NCBI RefSeq assembly: GCF_902652985.1
Contig: NC_047018.1
Span: 36,270,001-36,334,000, forward strand
Reading direction: 5' to 3'
DNA: 64,000 nt
From: Pecten maximus
Taxonomy: Eukaryota
Position 1 is the stretch's first letter. Every line of letters begins with the position of its first letter. A program made the position numbers and the translations under genes. The notes under the pieces were generated by a model, which was given only the letters and a program-made list of their open reading frames with translations, was not told where the DNA came from and made no database searches. Below, in pieces: positions 28,290 to 41,900 of the stretch.

Positions 28290-29600
28290 AACGTTGTGAG
28301 AGATGATTTTATGTCTCTGTGAACGTTGTGATAGTTGACGTTATGTCTATATGAACAAAATGAGAGATGATATTATGTCTATATGAACGTTGTTAGAGAT
28401 GATGTTATGTCTATATGAACATCGTGAGAGATGATGTTATGTCTATATGAACGTTACTAGAGATGATGTTATGTCTATATGAACGTTACTAGAGATGATG
28501 TTATGTCTATATGAACGTTACTAGAGATGATGTTATGTCTATATGAACGTTACTAGAGAGGATGTTAATACAAAATTAAAACCACTGTTAATTGCTGAAA
28601 CGTTGTAAGAGATGTCTATATGAACATCGTGAGAGATGATGTTATGTCTATATGAACGTTGTTAGAGATGATGTTATGTCTATATGAACGTTACTAGAGA
28701 TGATGTTATGTCTATATGAACGTTGTGAGAGATGATGTTATGTCTATATGAACGTTGTGAGAGATGATGTTATGTCTATATGAACGTTGTGAGAGATGAT
28801 GTTGTCTATATGAACATTATTAGAGATGATGTTATGTCTATAAGAACGTTATTAGAGATGATGTTATGTCTATATGAACGTTATTAGAGATGATGTTATG
28901 TCTATATGAACGTTATTAGAGATGATGTTATGTCTATATGAACGTTGTGGGAAATGATGTTATGTCTATATGAACGTTGTGGAAAATGATGTTATGTCTA
29001 TATGAACGTCATTAGAGATGATGTTATGTCTATATGAACGTTGTGGGAAATGATGTTATGTCTATATGAACGTTGTGGGAAATGATGTTATGTCTACACA
29101 TGTATATGAACGTTGTGGGAAATGATGTTATGTCTATATGGACGTCATTAGAGGTGATGTAATGTCTATATGAACGTCATTAGAGATGATGTTATGTCTA
29201 TATGAACGTCATTAGAGATGATGTTAGGTCTATATGAACGTTACTAGAGATGATGTTATGTCTATATGAACGTTGTTAGAGATGATGTTATGTCTATATG
29301 AACGTTGTTAGAGATGATGTTATATCTATATGAACGTTGTTAGTGATGATGTTATGTCTATATGAACGTTGTGAGGGGTGATGTTATGTCTATATGAACG
29401 TTATTAGAGGTAATGTTATGTCTATATGAACGTTGTTAGAGATGATGTTATGTCTATATGAACGTCATTAGAGATGATGTTATGTCTATATGAACGTTAT
29501 TAGAGATGATGTTATGTCCATATGAACGTTGTTAGAGATGATGTTATGTCTATATAAACGTTATTAGAGATGATGTTATGCCTGCATGAACGTTATTAGA
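28290..29600. repeat. Minisatellite J, 32-bp unit AGAGATGATGTTATGTCTATATGAACGTTGTT
   Basis: About 40 copies with an interruption near 28565-28610. Confidence 0.96.
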
Positions 29601-30775
29601 AAATTCATATCGATGGATCATTGGACATTGTTCAATGTACAAAATAATAGTAATTATGACTAAAAATAATTTAAAAAAAAGTTGAAAAGTCATATTGTGC
29701 TATTTTTGTATCGGACCACACCACTGACGTAACCGTATTTGGCGCGAAACAAAACTTTCTGATTGGCTATCAAATGGCCATATTAGCAGCAACTGCAGAC
29801 AGTAGCCACAGATGTCACTGGTGTGTGCCGAACCAGATGTCATGAAAATTATTTGGTAAAGTAGAAGTTGTCACATATCATGTTTGATATATATGTTACG
29901 ATTTTGTTATCTAAAATTCATGACAATGAACAAATGATACCAATTTTTTTTATCATAAATATATTATCTATCTGAATCAGACGTTTAACAATACTCTATA
30001 CACACCAGGAACACATGCCCAGGCCCGTGTACAGTGATCACAGTCCTATCAGAGAGGAATTATCTTAAATACAAGAAATCGGCTGAATGTCTTGCAGCTT
30101 TTTTCCTCATGAAGTCAAATAATTTCCAGCACGACCGACCGGCAGATCATGGATACAATTTAACAAAGCTTGGCAGATAATGGCACTACTCTCAACCAGA
30201 GACTTGTATACACAATCCCAACCCCTCTGTACTTATACATCTATAGACCGTTGGGGTCGGGACTTTGTGCCACTAATAGTTAGGTATATTGACATTGGGG
30301 AAAGTCCTTCGATACACAGGGATCGACTTGGAGACGAGTCCCCACATCATCAACAGCGTATGATCCACCTGTCAGAAATTGCATAAAATGACATCTACGG
30401 CTTAGAAATATATAATTAACACAAATGAAAAATAATAACAATAACCTACAAATGATCGCCTATATGTTCTTAATTATAGAAATATAGAGGCGAACTATCA
30501 TTGGTTTTTCGGTGCCATTAATTAATTATTCATTCATTCATTTTCAATCTAAAGGATGAAAAGAAAACTAAACTTTTTGATAATGGTAATAACATAAAAA
30601 GTACAGAGTTGTTTGTAACTTTTGGTATTATAGTATGCACAAGCCTGTCCAAGTAGCACATGTACCACAAACAGAGTGATATGTATATTGGTAATATGTA
30701 TTTCAAGGTTTTCTAGGAATAACTTAAATCCTTAATAAATATGTAAAAAGTTTTATTTTCAGTAATAACAAAATA

Positions 30776-32769
30776 TTAATGTACAACAGTAAAATAACTC
30801 GAGAAGAGTTCTTCCCCTTCTTCAATCTTCCTCAATGACACAAGAACCACAACTCTTGTCAACCTGCAGAAATGATAAAAAAAACATGCTGATCAAATGA
30901 TCATTGACGGACATTACAGAATTTTATTTTTTTGTTCTTTAATGAAATATAAAACACATTTTGTTCATAGTTCTTGCTTTGTGAACTTTAACACAACATA
31001 TTAACCAGATCATCTTACAATATAATGCCTAAGATTATATATATAGTTTTGCTAACACAACATATTAACGCGATCTTCTTATAATATAATGCCTAAGATT
31101 TGTCCTTCAACTCTAATCTCACCTGTGCTCTTCCAGACAATCCTGTATGGATGAGCTGTAGTTTATATTAGGGATATATTTTTGCAGGTGAAAGGGGAAC
31201 TTCTCAGGTATGTCAAATTCCTGGTAGGCCACATTAGCAGGGAATTCTGCAACATATAATTTTAATTCATCAGCTCATCCATGTCAAGTTTATTAAATTC
31301 ATCAACATAATATATTTCAAAAATATTTTTCGCATCAGCAAAAATTGTTCTTATCATAGTGAATACAATAAGGTAATCTGATTGAAATACAGATCATATC
31401 CTTATACATATTTTAATCAGACTGGACAATAAGAGTTCATATACATACTACACTTTACCATAAAGTAACTATTCAATGTAAAACTCATTTCCCATGTAGC
31501 ATCCTATTCAGGAGTATCAAATCAGTACGTGACTGCTATTTCATCTTTTAAAAATCTAAAAGCATGAACTTGTCTTGTTCTGCATATACAAACGTTTTGA
31601 TTGGTTGTTAACATACTGGCCAACAGCCAATGGATTGACTGGGTTTCGTGTTACCCAGGTCAGGTCACAGGTCAAATAAGGTCCATGTCTGTCTCTCTGA
31701 CCACACGACCTTGAAGTGTATAAACATGACATTCAACATACTAACATGTCCTATAAAGTTATGATATAACATATAATATGCAGATATCGTCTAAACATGA
31801 CATAGGTACATAATGTTTAAAATTTTGATTTAATGTTTGATTCGAAAAAAACTAATACAGAAAATATATATATTACTTACTTATAAATGTATTTAGAAAT
31901 ATTCTTATCATTTCCATCAATGAGGACAGCATCAATACAGCGGAATATAAATGGATTGGCCAGGCTCTGAAACAAGATGGGTTCCCCGGCCCTGTATATT
32001 GTTCCTGGGTACATAGAGACCACTGTTTGTTTAGGTATTTCACCTTTGGTCACAAACACACCTGTTCCACACCCAGGTATTAAACTTGGTTTTCTTTCTG
32101 TAATAAATCCAACACATTCCTCCATCACCCTCAGGTTACTTTTGTATTGTACAAATTGTTCTTCTTCGGTGAGTTTCTGTGATTTCCACAAATCAGAGGT
32201 ATTCTCTGTTGAAAGTCTTTCATTTTCCAGATTTTCAAAAAAGTGTAATAGAAATTGTTCTACTTGTGAATTGGTTAATATCTTATCACTTTCACTGGGA
32301 GCGACTGCTCTCATGCGCCTGAAAATAAAAAGACAGACAATTAAATAATATATTCATTTTTGATAAAAGTCCCGTGGGTTAAATAAAAAAAATCTACTGT
32401 TTCTTTCCTTATAATCTTGATATTGTACCATTTTTAATGTCATTCAGTCTAATTTGGGTTCCTGGTGTAATAATCTATGGCTCAATACAATTGAGCAAAT
32501 GAATGACATACACCAATCTATAGCTCAATACAATTGAGCAAAAGAATGACAGAGACAATATTTAACACGATGTACATGTCACCTCGCATTTGTTCTAGCA
32601 GACGACACGTGTTTTGCCACAATGATTTGGACATTCAAAGAGATCGACACCGAACAGATTGTACGCCCAAAAAAAGTACACTACACCTGTCTTTAAGGTT
32701 GAATGCAATCCATGGTACCAATCGGTATCTATAATGTTTCCATTTGTTTCGCAGAGTCTTTAAAAACAT
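30776..32769 (-). CDS. SETD9: SET domain-containing protein 9 (5 coding exons, 282 aa)
   Basis: Exons (minus) 32769-32687, 32318-31881, 31709-31594, 31246-31123, 30863-30776. All introns are GT-AG with consistent phases; total 849 nt. Translation MFLKTLRNKWKHYRYRLVPWIAFNL...GTGVFVTKG...YPGTIY...NPFIFRCIDAVLIDGND...NPLAVGQYVNN...ANVAYQEFD...VVLVSLRKIEEGEELFSSYFTVVH* matches recalled SETD9 motifs. AATAAA on the minus strand at 30752-30757. Confidence 0.95.
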
Positions 32770-32969
32770 TACTTTTATATTTCACACGGTGTTGGATGTT
32801 GACAGCATGGGCGCATCCATCTTGGAATTCCGCAGAAAACACCTGTCCTGATTGGTCGAAATTGGGGATTTCTACTTCCGGTTGAAAGGGGATTGCCTCA
32901 AGTAGTGACAATATATTGCATGAGACTGTTATGAAGACAAGTTAAACACATTCATTATATTTGTTTAAG
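32770..32969. promoter_or_regulatory. Bidirectional promoter SETD9/EIF2B2
   Basis: Divergent ATGs only 200 bp apart. YY1-like CCATCTT 32817-32823, ATTGG (CCAAT) at 32851 and 32861, ETS/GABP site ACTTCCGG 32874-32881. Confidence 0.75.
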
Positions 32970-35900
32970 ATGCCGAGCGAAAGTGACAAGAAGGACGAAC
33001 TAAAGGAAGAGATAGAGAGTTTCATTGCAGAACTCAAACAAGGGTAAATGGCAGAATTTAAACTCAGACCTGCATCATATTTGACATATGGTCGAGGTCT
33101 ATGGTCTAGCCCGAGTTTTCTCTGGCCCTCCTACACCAGACATGGTGACAGGGCCAGAGAAAACTCGGGCTAATGGCCATGTGATTTATGCATGTACTCC
33201 AACCACAGAGACAGTGGCATGTCTAGTCTTATATTGACTATTTCTGGCTGTATTTTAATGTAAGACTAGACATGCCCCTGTGCTCCAACACGAGTATAAT
33301 TATTTAGCTGCAGCTGTGATATGTGATATCGTACTTCTTACAATATAGCCTAGTTGATGTATAACCTCTTGCACAAGGAGCGATTATATGTAACCATAAT
33401 TGCCGACAATCCATTAGGCCTTCCTGTCATTATGCAAAAGCTAAATAACCGAATATTAAAACAATTTAGGCTAGCCCAAGTTTCCTAACCCTAAGACCCC
33501 AGGCCATGACATGGCAGAGTCTAAGACCAGAGTTTCCCTACACAGGGTATCCAGTTAGCCCTGACTTTTAGCAATTTCAAAAGTCAAATAATTATTTCTT
33601 AAAAATCTGAAGGGTCAAAACATACATCAAATAGACATGTCGATCCCTTCAATCTCAAGAGTCGGATTTCATTTTGGGGAGTCAATAATATACCCTCAAG
33701 GGTCTACTGGATGCCTAACCCGAGTTTCCTCTGGCCTGACACCATGTCTTCCAGACATGGTGCCAGGGCCAGAGGAAACTCGGGCTACAGAATGCTCTGT
33801 CTACACCAGACATCTCTTTATTAACATGTCTAAATCTGGTGTCAGGGCAAGTGGAAACTCTAGCAACATGGAGACTTGTACACTTGAACTAGCTGCAATA
33901 ACAAAGATCTCCCGTGATGTCTTTTGTATGTCTTCAGTCGGTCAGACAAAAAGGTGGTACGGTAAGATTATTCACACTACACTAAAATAGTCTGAATAAT
34001 TCTGACTTTCTATCCGCATTAATTTACTGTAGGAAGCTGATGATATCCCCTACCTGCAGTATATTATAAATAGATAGCCTGAATGAAAGATAATTACATA
34101 TTTCTATGACAGCTGGACTGTTTCAGGGATGCTTAGCTCTCAAAAAAGTGTTATTTCCTGTATGATACCTACGTATGTACATATATTCACCTAACATGCA
34201 TGTGCAGATATCTTCAATACAAGCTGGAGTAAAAACACTTTTTTAAGTGTATTTAAAGTTATCTACAGGCTAGTAGTCAGTGGTATGCTGTACATATTAT
34301 TCACTGAAAAAAATAAATATCTATTGTTATATTGTTAAATGCTAAATATGTAAATTAACATATGTAACTAAATATAATAATATGTAGAATATTTATTAAA
34401 AATTAAAGCCAGCTTAAGGTCTCATTATCTATTGATGTGAGCTGAAAAATGAAGAAAAAATATAGGCCATGATACCATAGATTTATAAAACATTCTTTTT
34501 AGAGAAATGGTTTATCGAAGTGTCTATTTATCTCTTCAGAACCAGCCAAAGTTCCTATTATGTTGCCCTGAAGACTGTTTGCCTGTTGAAGAAGATTATA
34601 GCACAACGGAAATGGCAAACTGCAAAGTAAGTCGCAGCCTCCACTTTTCAAATTATTATAATATACATTGTATTCTTAACCTGAAATAACTTTTACACAT
34701 ACCAGGTATTTTAAAATTTTAGTATTATCATTGGATATGTTGGTCTCCTCTGGAAAAATTGATTTTCAGAAATGTTTAAATTATGACACATATATAGCCA
34801 TGGTTAGTGTCATGCAGATCCTCTTCCCTTTGATTGCCTTTAGCTTTCTACTATGACTTGGACTAAGTTTTGAAGTATTAAGATGTTTACGTGATGTAAT
34901 GACAATAACAGTGTACAAAATATATAATGTATATGTAGCAGAGCGCATAATTAATTAAATTTAAATCACTGCCTCCGCTAGGGGTCGAACCTGGGACCTC
35001 CACGGCTTACTAGTTTTACGTTCAACCGATGGAGCTAAAGAGAAGATCTCTCTAGTCGAGCGGCATATTGCGGCTAGTATTTTTACCAGGGAAACATATA
35101 CATGTATTATAAGAACTCATTTCTTAAGCATTTGCTGATATACATGGACAGTTAACCTGAATATATGAATATTTTTTCAAGTAGCTAGTTTGCATTTGAT
35201 TACCATGCATATTACTGCTACTGAGATATTTTTGCTTATTGTGTCAAGATAGTTTACTAGTTAAGGATATGATTAATTCATGTGCTATTATCACTAATAA
35301 TCTGTTGGATTTAAAAAAAAACTAATGTCTGTTTTAGTTTAACAAATGATATAAATCATCTTAAGAATTTGATCAGATTTATGATAATTGATTTGATAGC
35401 CATACTTATTAGATGTGTCTACCATTGAATCAGGGATGTGATGGAGGTACTGAGGGATGATGGCAGGAAGATGATGATGTCACAGCCATCAGAAACAGCA
35501 ATAGGAAATATGGTACGACGTGTACTGAAACTTGTACGGGAGGAATATGCCAGGTCTGCATTGTTTATAAATATTTGTTTTAATATTTGTTTGTGATTTA
35601 TGTGCACATGTAAACTTGTAATAAAACACGAAACCTGGATGTTGATGTTTCTTATTATATATTTAATTGGTTTTAAAAGAAGATATCATGACAAATCCTG
35701 AGATGATCAGTGACGATTCACAGATTTTAATGTAAGGTACACTAGTTGGCTTTAAGACATCTTCACTTGCCAGAGAAGTTCATCAGGATATTGGATCATA
35801 ATCCGTCCTAGGCGAAGGTGGCTTTATGACAAAATATCTTGTTCTTGGTGTTTGACCTTTTAATTGGTTTGGTTTACTCTACATTGAAATTAAAATCTTC

Positions 35901-38900
35901 AATTAAATAGTTAAATGATGTATGACAAGTTGTATAATATTGTAATTTTCCTTGGCTAGTTGAAGCTGCAATATCATTATGTTAAATTAATAGTATACAC
36001 ACCACTGGTGTCTTTGGCTAGGATTAATTTACACTGTAGTTTTGTGATTGTAGCGCTTGTGCAGGGAAGTCTGAGGAGGGCGATCCACAGGAATCCTTAC
36101 ATGTAAGTCTGATGTGTTGGATAGTATCCTTGTTATCATAGATTCAATGTTTTCTTGTCGCATATTGTTACTGTTACAATAAATATATAATATATGTACA
36201 TTTCTGAACCAATTCACAGAGTTATAGGGTAATATTTTGATATCCTGATATAAGAGGATTTGAAAAAAGAAAATCTCTGTTCAAAATTGGCTCTCACACC
36301 AGCTGGAGAAATTGCAATATCAATTTTATATCAATTTTGCAACAAATTTTAGTTCTGTCAGGATTTTCAGTTTGGCCTTTAACATTTAGAAGTCAAATCT
36401 CAAATCTGAGAGTGTCAAAACAAGTGTATTAGCGGGATTCAAAACATACTTTTATGGCTGACATCGTCATGAAAGGCCTGATTTGTCTATACATGTCTCT
36501 TTCCAGAAACTGTTATTAGCTGAGGGAGAAATAGATGACTACAGCAGAATGGTACCAACCCTGAAGGTAATTATATAACCTGGTCCACTGTAACAACTCA
36601 TTACATGTTAAGTCATGTTACTGAGTATAACGCTGACAGAACACTGACTATATAGACGGTGAGGCGGAACCTAGCAACAGGCAGAGTCATGTAGGTGGTA
36701 AACCAGTAATTAATGCCAACAGAACACTGACGATAGTCTGTGAGGCGGAACCTTACAATAGGCAGAGTCATGTAGGTGATAAACCAGTAACTAACTAACG
36801 CCAACAGAACACTGACTATATAGTCTGTGAGGCGGAACCTAGCAACAGGCAGAGTCATGTAGGTGATAAACCAGTAACTAACTAACGCCAACAGAACACT
36901 GACTATAGACGGTGAGGCGGAACCTTACAATAGGCAGAGTCATGTAGGTGGTAAACCAGTAACTAACTAAAACTTTAGGAATCAGTGACATGTTTACAAC
37001 ATGTTTTCAGGACGAAACAACAAAAGATGTACATTCAGTATAATATACACTACAGTTAGCCCCGAACTTCAATTTGAGATTTGTTACAGTCTATAATATA
37101 TTACTTAATCTCCTGGCAATTTTATTACAAAAAAATTAATCTTTCATGAGATTTATAGGGAAATTGTATGTCTCTAGCTTATTTTGTCAGTTATTTATCG
37201 ATAAGTACATGTCTGTACATGTAAACATGTAATGTTAACTAATCTTTATTTCTTTTGGGTGTAGTTGTGTTCCTCCTTTATTTAGAAGTGGATTCAAGAT
37301 TGAGAAATATTTTATTGTAATCATCCTTCAATAAACCCATACCTAGGAAGAAGTCTACCCATATCTATTGCTTCTCAGTGAAACAACCCACAAATGTTAT
37401 TTGATTGTTCTGTAATAATTAAGTCTGCCCCCTGATGTTTATTCAGAGGTTAGACATTACATTCCATGATTATCAAAGCATAAATACGATAAACTCTTTC
37501 TCCAAACAAATTTTGTTTCTAATTAGCGATATTTTTTTCTTCTAATAAGACATCTGTGATTGAGGCACTCAATGAACTGAAGGTGGAGTTAGAGAACAGG
37601 TCAGTATATGGTTTACCTGTATGTATCTGGTATTGTGTTTTTGTATCAGGGGGAACTGTATTGTATAATTGTTAATATCAAATTATATATTTACACTTCT
37701 CTAGGATGTGTGTATACCATAATGATCTGGTAATAAGCCCATGTCTGGGAATAAGCTCATAAAATAACATGCCTGGTCAAAGGCCCATGCTGGGAAATAA
37801 GTCCATTTCTGGCAATAAGCTCATAAAAGGTCCATGTCTGATAATAAGCCAATGTCTGGCAATAAGCTCATCAATGGCCCATGTCAGGTAATAAGCCCAT
37901 GTCTAGCAATAAGCTCATAAAAGCCCATGCATGTCTATTACAGATAGAATACTGTAATTGTCCTGCACAAATCAGTGTCAAGTCAGTGTGTTGGCCCCCT
38001 GGTTATTACAATAGGTAAAGGCATGGACATTCTACACCTGACACTTATTGTTTTGACAGCCACTGGTTAAGACAGTAGTTAGGAACTTTGGAAGGGAAAC
38101 TACATCTAAATATTTGTAATCAAGATGATCCTTGTCATGCAGTCATTGCTCAACCCGGCTAGTCCACATAAGCTCGGGAAGCAGGTGACAGCATTGACCA
38201 CTCTAGTTTTTAGTGATGTTATATTTATCAAGAGTTTAAAGAATTTGAGTGTCACGGGTTAAGGTTCAAGTACATTTGTATTATCTGTTTAGAGTTTAGA
38301 GGTAGTTAAGATGCTTGACTTGTTTCTTTGTTGTTTCAGTGCTGACAATATCGCTGGACAAGCATTAGAACATATACACTCCAATGAAGTGATTATGACT
38401 GCAGGCAAATCCATAACAGTAGAGGCTTTCCTTAAGGTAGGTTGTGTGTGATAGGTTTGATGTGGGGACTTTCCTTAAGGTATGATGTGTGTGGTAGATA
38501 TGGTGTAGGGACTTTTCTCGAGGTAGATTGTATGTGACAGTATGGTGTGGGGATTTCCCTCAAGGTAGATTGTATGTGGTAGGTATATTGTGGGGATTTC
38601 CCTCAAAGTAGATGATGATATGTGATAGGTGTTGTGTGGGAATGGTGTGATGTGGGAACTTTTCCTAAAGGTAGGTTTTGTGTGGGGATTCCCCTCAGGG
38701 TATGTTGTGTGTGATATGTATGGTGTTGAAGCTTTCCTCAAGGTTGGCTGTACATGTATATGGTTGATGCTATGTGAGGACTTTTTTTTCTAATTACATA
38801 TGAAAGTGCCCTTGATCATTATTCAAGGTCACAGGGGTCAAATTTCTTAGAATCTTAACTTAAAATTTGTTGATATAAATGATAGGCATGGAAGATATTC

Positions 38901-41900
38901 TCTAAATATAAATACATTTCACCTCCACAGAAAGCAGCAAAGAAGAGAAAGTTCCAGGTGATAGTAGCAGAATGTGCACCATTTTATCAGGTGAATCAGG
39001 AAAATATTGAATTAATTTGTCAGAACTTTATTTGGGCATATTTTTCAGTGTATTAATTAACCAATTAAATATAATAGGTATTTTCAGAATGATTTCTTTT
39101 ATTGTGAAAACCTGTTCCTTATTTATCCAACAGCAAGCTCATATCTGGTAAAACTCAATCTTATACATGTTAACTTCAGTTTAGTTAAAATGTTTACATA
39201 GTAGTATATTTCATCATCCAGCAATAAGCCAACTCCTAGCTTTACCAGGTAAGTCAAAAACTGATTTTTTGGAATAACAGGAGAATACATTAGATAGATT
39301 TTGGTTGGGTAGGAAACAATGGCAGGATTATGATGGGGCGGGTAGGAACAAGGTCTGATATAGATTTCAGGTGGTGGGTGGACAAGGCGAGTATAGATAG
39401 GCATGATAGGAACAAGTAGGAGTATAGAGTAGGGCTGGGTAGGAACAATGAGGAGTATAGGTGTGGGCTGGGTAGGAAATGGGCAGGAGTATAGAGTAGG
39501 GGCTGGGTATGAGACAAGTCAGGAGTATTAGGTAGGGCTGGGTAGGAACAAGGATGCAGGAGGTGATTAGGTAGGGTGGGTGGAACAAGGAGATGATAGT
39601 GTGGTGGTAGGACAAGGTAGTGATTAGGTAGGGGCTGGTGAAAATGGTGGAGTTAGAGTGTGGCTGGAGGAACAGGTGAGGATTAATACTGGGTGGAACA
39701 AGGTACAGGGTAAATAGGCTATAGAAAGGTTGTGGAGTATAAGTAGCTGGTAGGAACAAGGGCAAGAAGTAGAAATCAGGTATAGTAGCAGTATTTTTCA
39801 GAATGCTTCTTTTATTGTCTTGAAAACCTGCTTCCTTATTTATCCAAAAGCAAGACTCATATATGGTCGTAAAAACTCAATCTTATACATGTTAACTTCA
39901 GTTTAGTTAAAATGTTTACATAGTAGTATATTTCATCATCCAGCAATAAGCCAACTCCTAGCTTTACCAGGTAAGTCAAAAACTGATTTTTTGGAATAAC
40001 AGGAGAATACATTAATAATATTTTTTTGGTTTTTCTGACAGGGTCAGGAACTGGCAGTCAGTCTAGCAAAGGCAGGAATTGAGACCACTGTTATCAATGA
40101 TTCTGCAGTGTTTGCCATCATGTCTCGAGTAAACAAAGTCATTATAGGCACACACACCGTCATGGCTAATGGAGGGTAAGTAGGGGCTGGGTAGGAACAA
40201 GGGTAGGAGTATAGAGTCGTGGCTGGGTAGGAACAAGGGTAGGAGTATAGAGTAGGGGCTGGGTAGGAACAAGGGCAGGAGTATAGAGTAGGGGCTGGGT
40301 AGGAACAAGGACAGGAGTATAGAGTAGGGGCTGGGTAGGAACAAGGACAGGAGTATAGAGTCGGGGCTAGGTAGGAACAAGGGTAGGAGTATAGAGTAGA
40401 GGCTGGGTAGGAACAAGGACAGGAGTATAGAGTAGGGCTGGGTAGGAACAAGGGTAGGAGTATAGAGTAGGGGCTGGGTAGGAACAAGGACAGGAGTATA
40501 GAGTAGGGGCTGGGTAGGAACAAGGACAGGAGTATAGAGTCGGGGCTAGGTAGGAACAAGGGCAGGAGTATAGAGTAGGGGCTGGGTAGGAACAAGGGCA
40601 GGAGCATAGAGTAGGGGCTGGGTAGGAACAATGACAGGAGTATAGAGTAGGGGCTGGGTAGGAACAAGGACAGGAGTATAGAGTCGGGGCTAGGTAGGAA
40701 CAAGGGTAGGAGTATAGAGTAGGGGCTGGGTAGGAACAAGGGCAGGAGCATAGAGTAGGGGCTGGGTAGGAACAAGGGCAGGAGTATAGAGTAGGGGCTG
40801 GGTAGGAACAAGGGTAGGAGTATAGAGTAGGGGCTGGGTAGGAACAAGGGTAGGAGTATAGAGTAGGGGCTGGGTAGGAACAAGGACAGGAGTATAGAGT
40901 AGGGGCTGGGTAGGAACAAGGGCAGGAGTATAGAGTAGGGGCTGGGTAGGAACAAGGGTAGGAGTATAGAGTAGGGGCTGGGTAGGAACAAGGGTAGGAG
41001 TATAGAGTGTAGGGGCTGGGTAGGAACAAGGGACAGGAGTATGAGTGTAAGGGGCGTGTAGGAAGGAACAAGGAGCAGGAGTATAGAGTAGGGGCTGGGT
41101 AGGAACAAGGGACTAGGAGTTATAGATGTAGGGGCCTGGGTAGGAACAAGGGTAGGAGTATAGATGTATGGGCTGGGTCATTGGAACAAGGTACAGGAGT
41201 ATAGAGTAGGGCTGGGTAGGAACAAGGGCTAGGAGTAAGAGAGTAGGGGCTGGGTAGGAACAAGGGCATGAGTATAGAGTAGGGGCTGGGTAGGAACAAG
41301 GACAGGAGTAGAGAATAGGGGCTGGGTAGGAACAAGGGCAGGAGTATAGAGTAGGGGCTGGGTAGGAACAAGGGCAGGAGCATAGAGTAGGGGCTGGGTA
41401 GGAACAATGACAGGAGTATAGAGTAGGGGCTGGGTAGGAACAAGGGCATGAGTATAGAGTAGGGGCTGGGTAGGAACAAGGGCAGGAGTATAGAGTAGGG
41501 GCTGGGTAGGAACAAGGGCAGGAGTATAGAGTAGGGGCTGGGTAGGAACAAGGGCAGGGTATAGAGTAAGGGCTGGGTAGGAACAAGGACAGGAGTATAG
41601 AGTAGGGGCTGGGTAGGAACAAGGGCAGGAGTATAGAGTAGGGGCTGGGTAGGAACAAGGGTAGGAGTATAGAGTAGGGGCTGGGTAGGAACAAGGTAGG
41701 AGTATAGAGAAGGGGCTGGGTAGGAACAAGGACAGGAGTATAGAGAAGGGGCTGGGTAGGAACAAGGGCAGGAGTATAGAATAGGGGCTGGGTAGGAACA
41801 AGGGTAGGAGTATAGAGTAGGGGCTGGGTAGGAACAAGGACAGGAGTATAGAGTAGGGGCTGGGTAGGAACAAGGACATGAGTATAGAGTAGGGGCTGGG

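Noticed and set aside
1201-29600. CRISPR-like arrays of 32-52 bp repeats
   Set aside because: Units are head-to-tail with no unique spacers, there are no cas genes, and the context is a spliced eukaryotic genome.
32281-32990. PSESDK peptide in both SETD9 and the EIF2B2 N-terminus
   Set aside because: Six residues with different codons; most likely coincidence.
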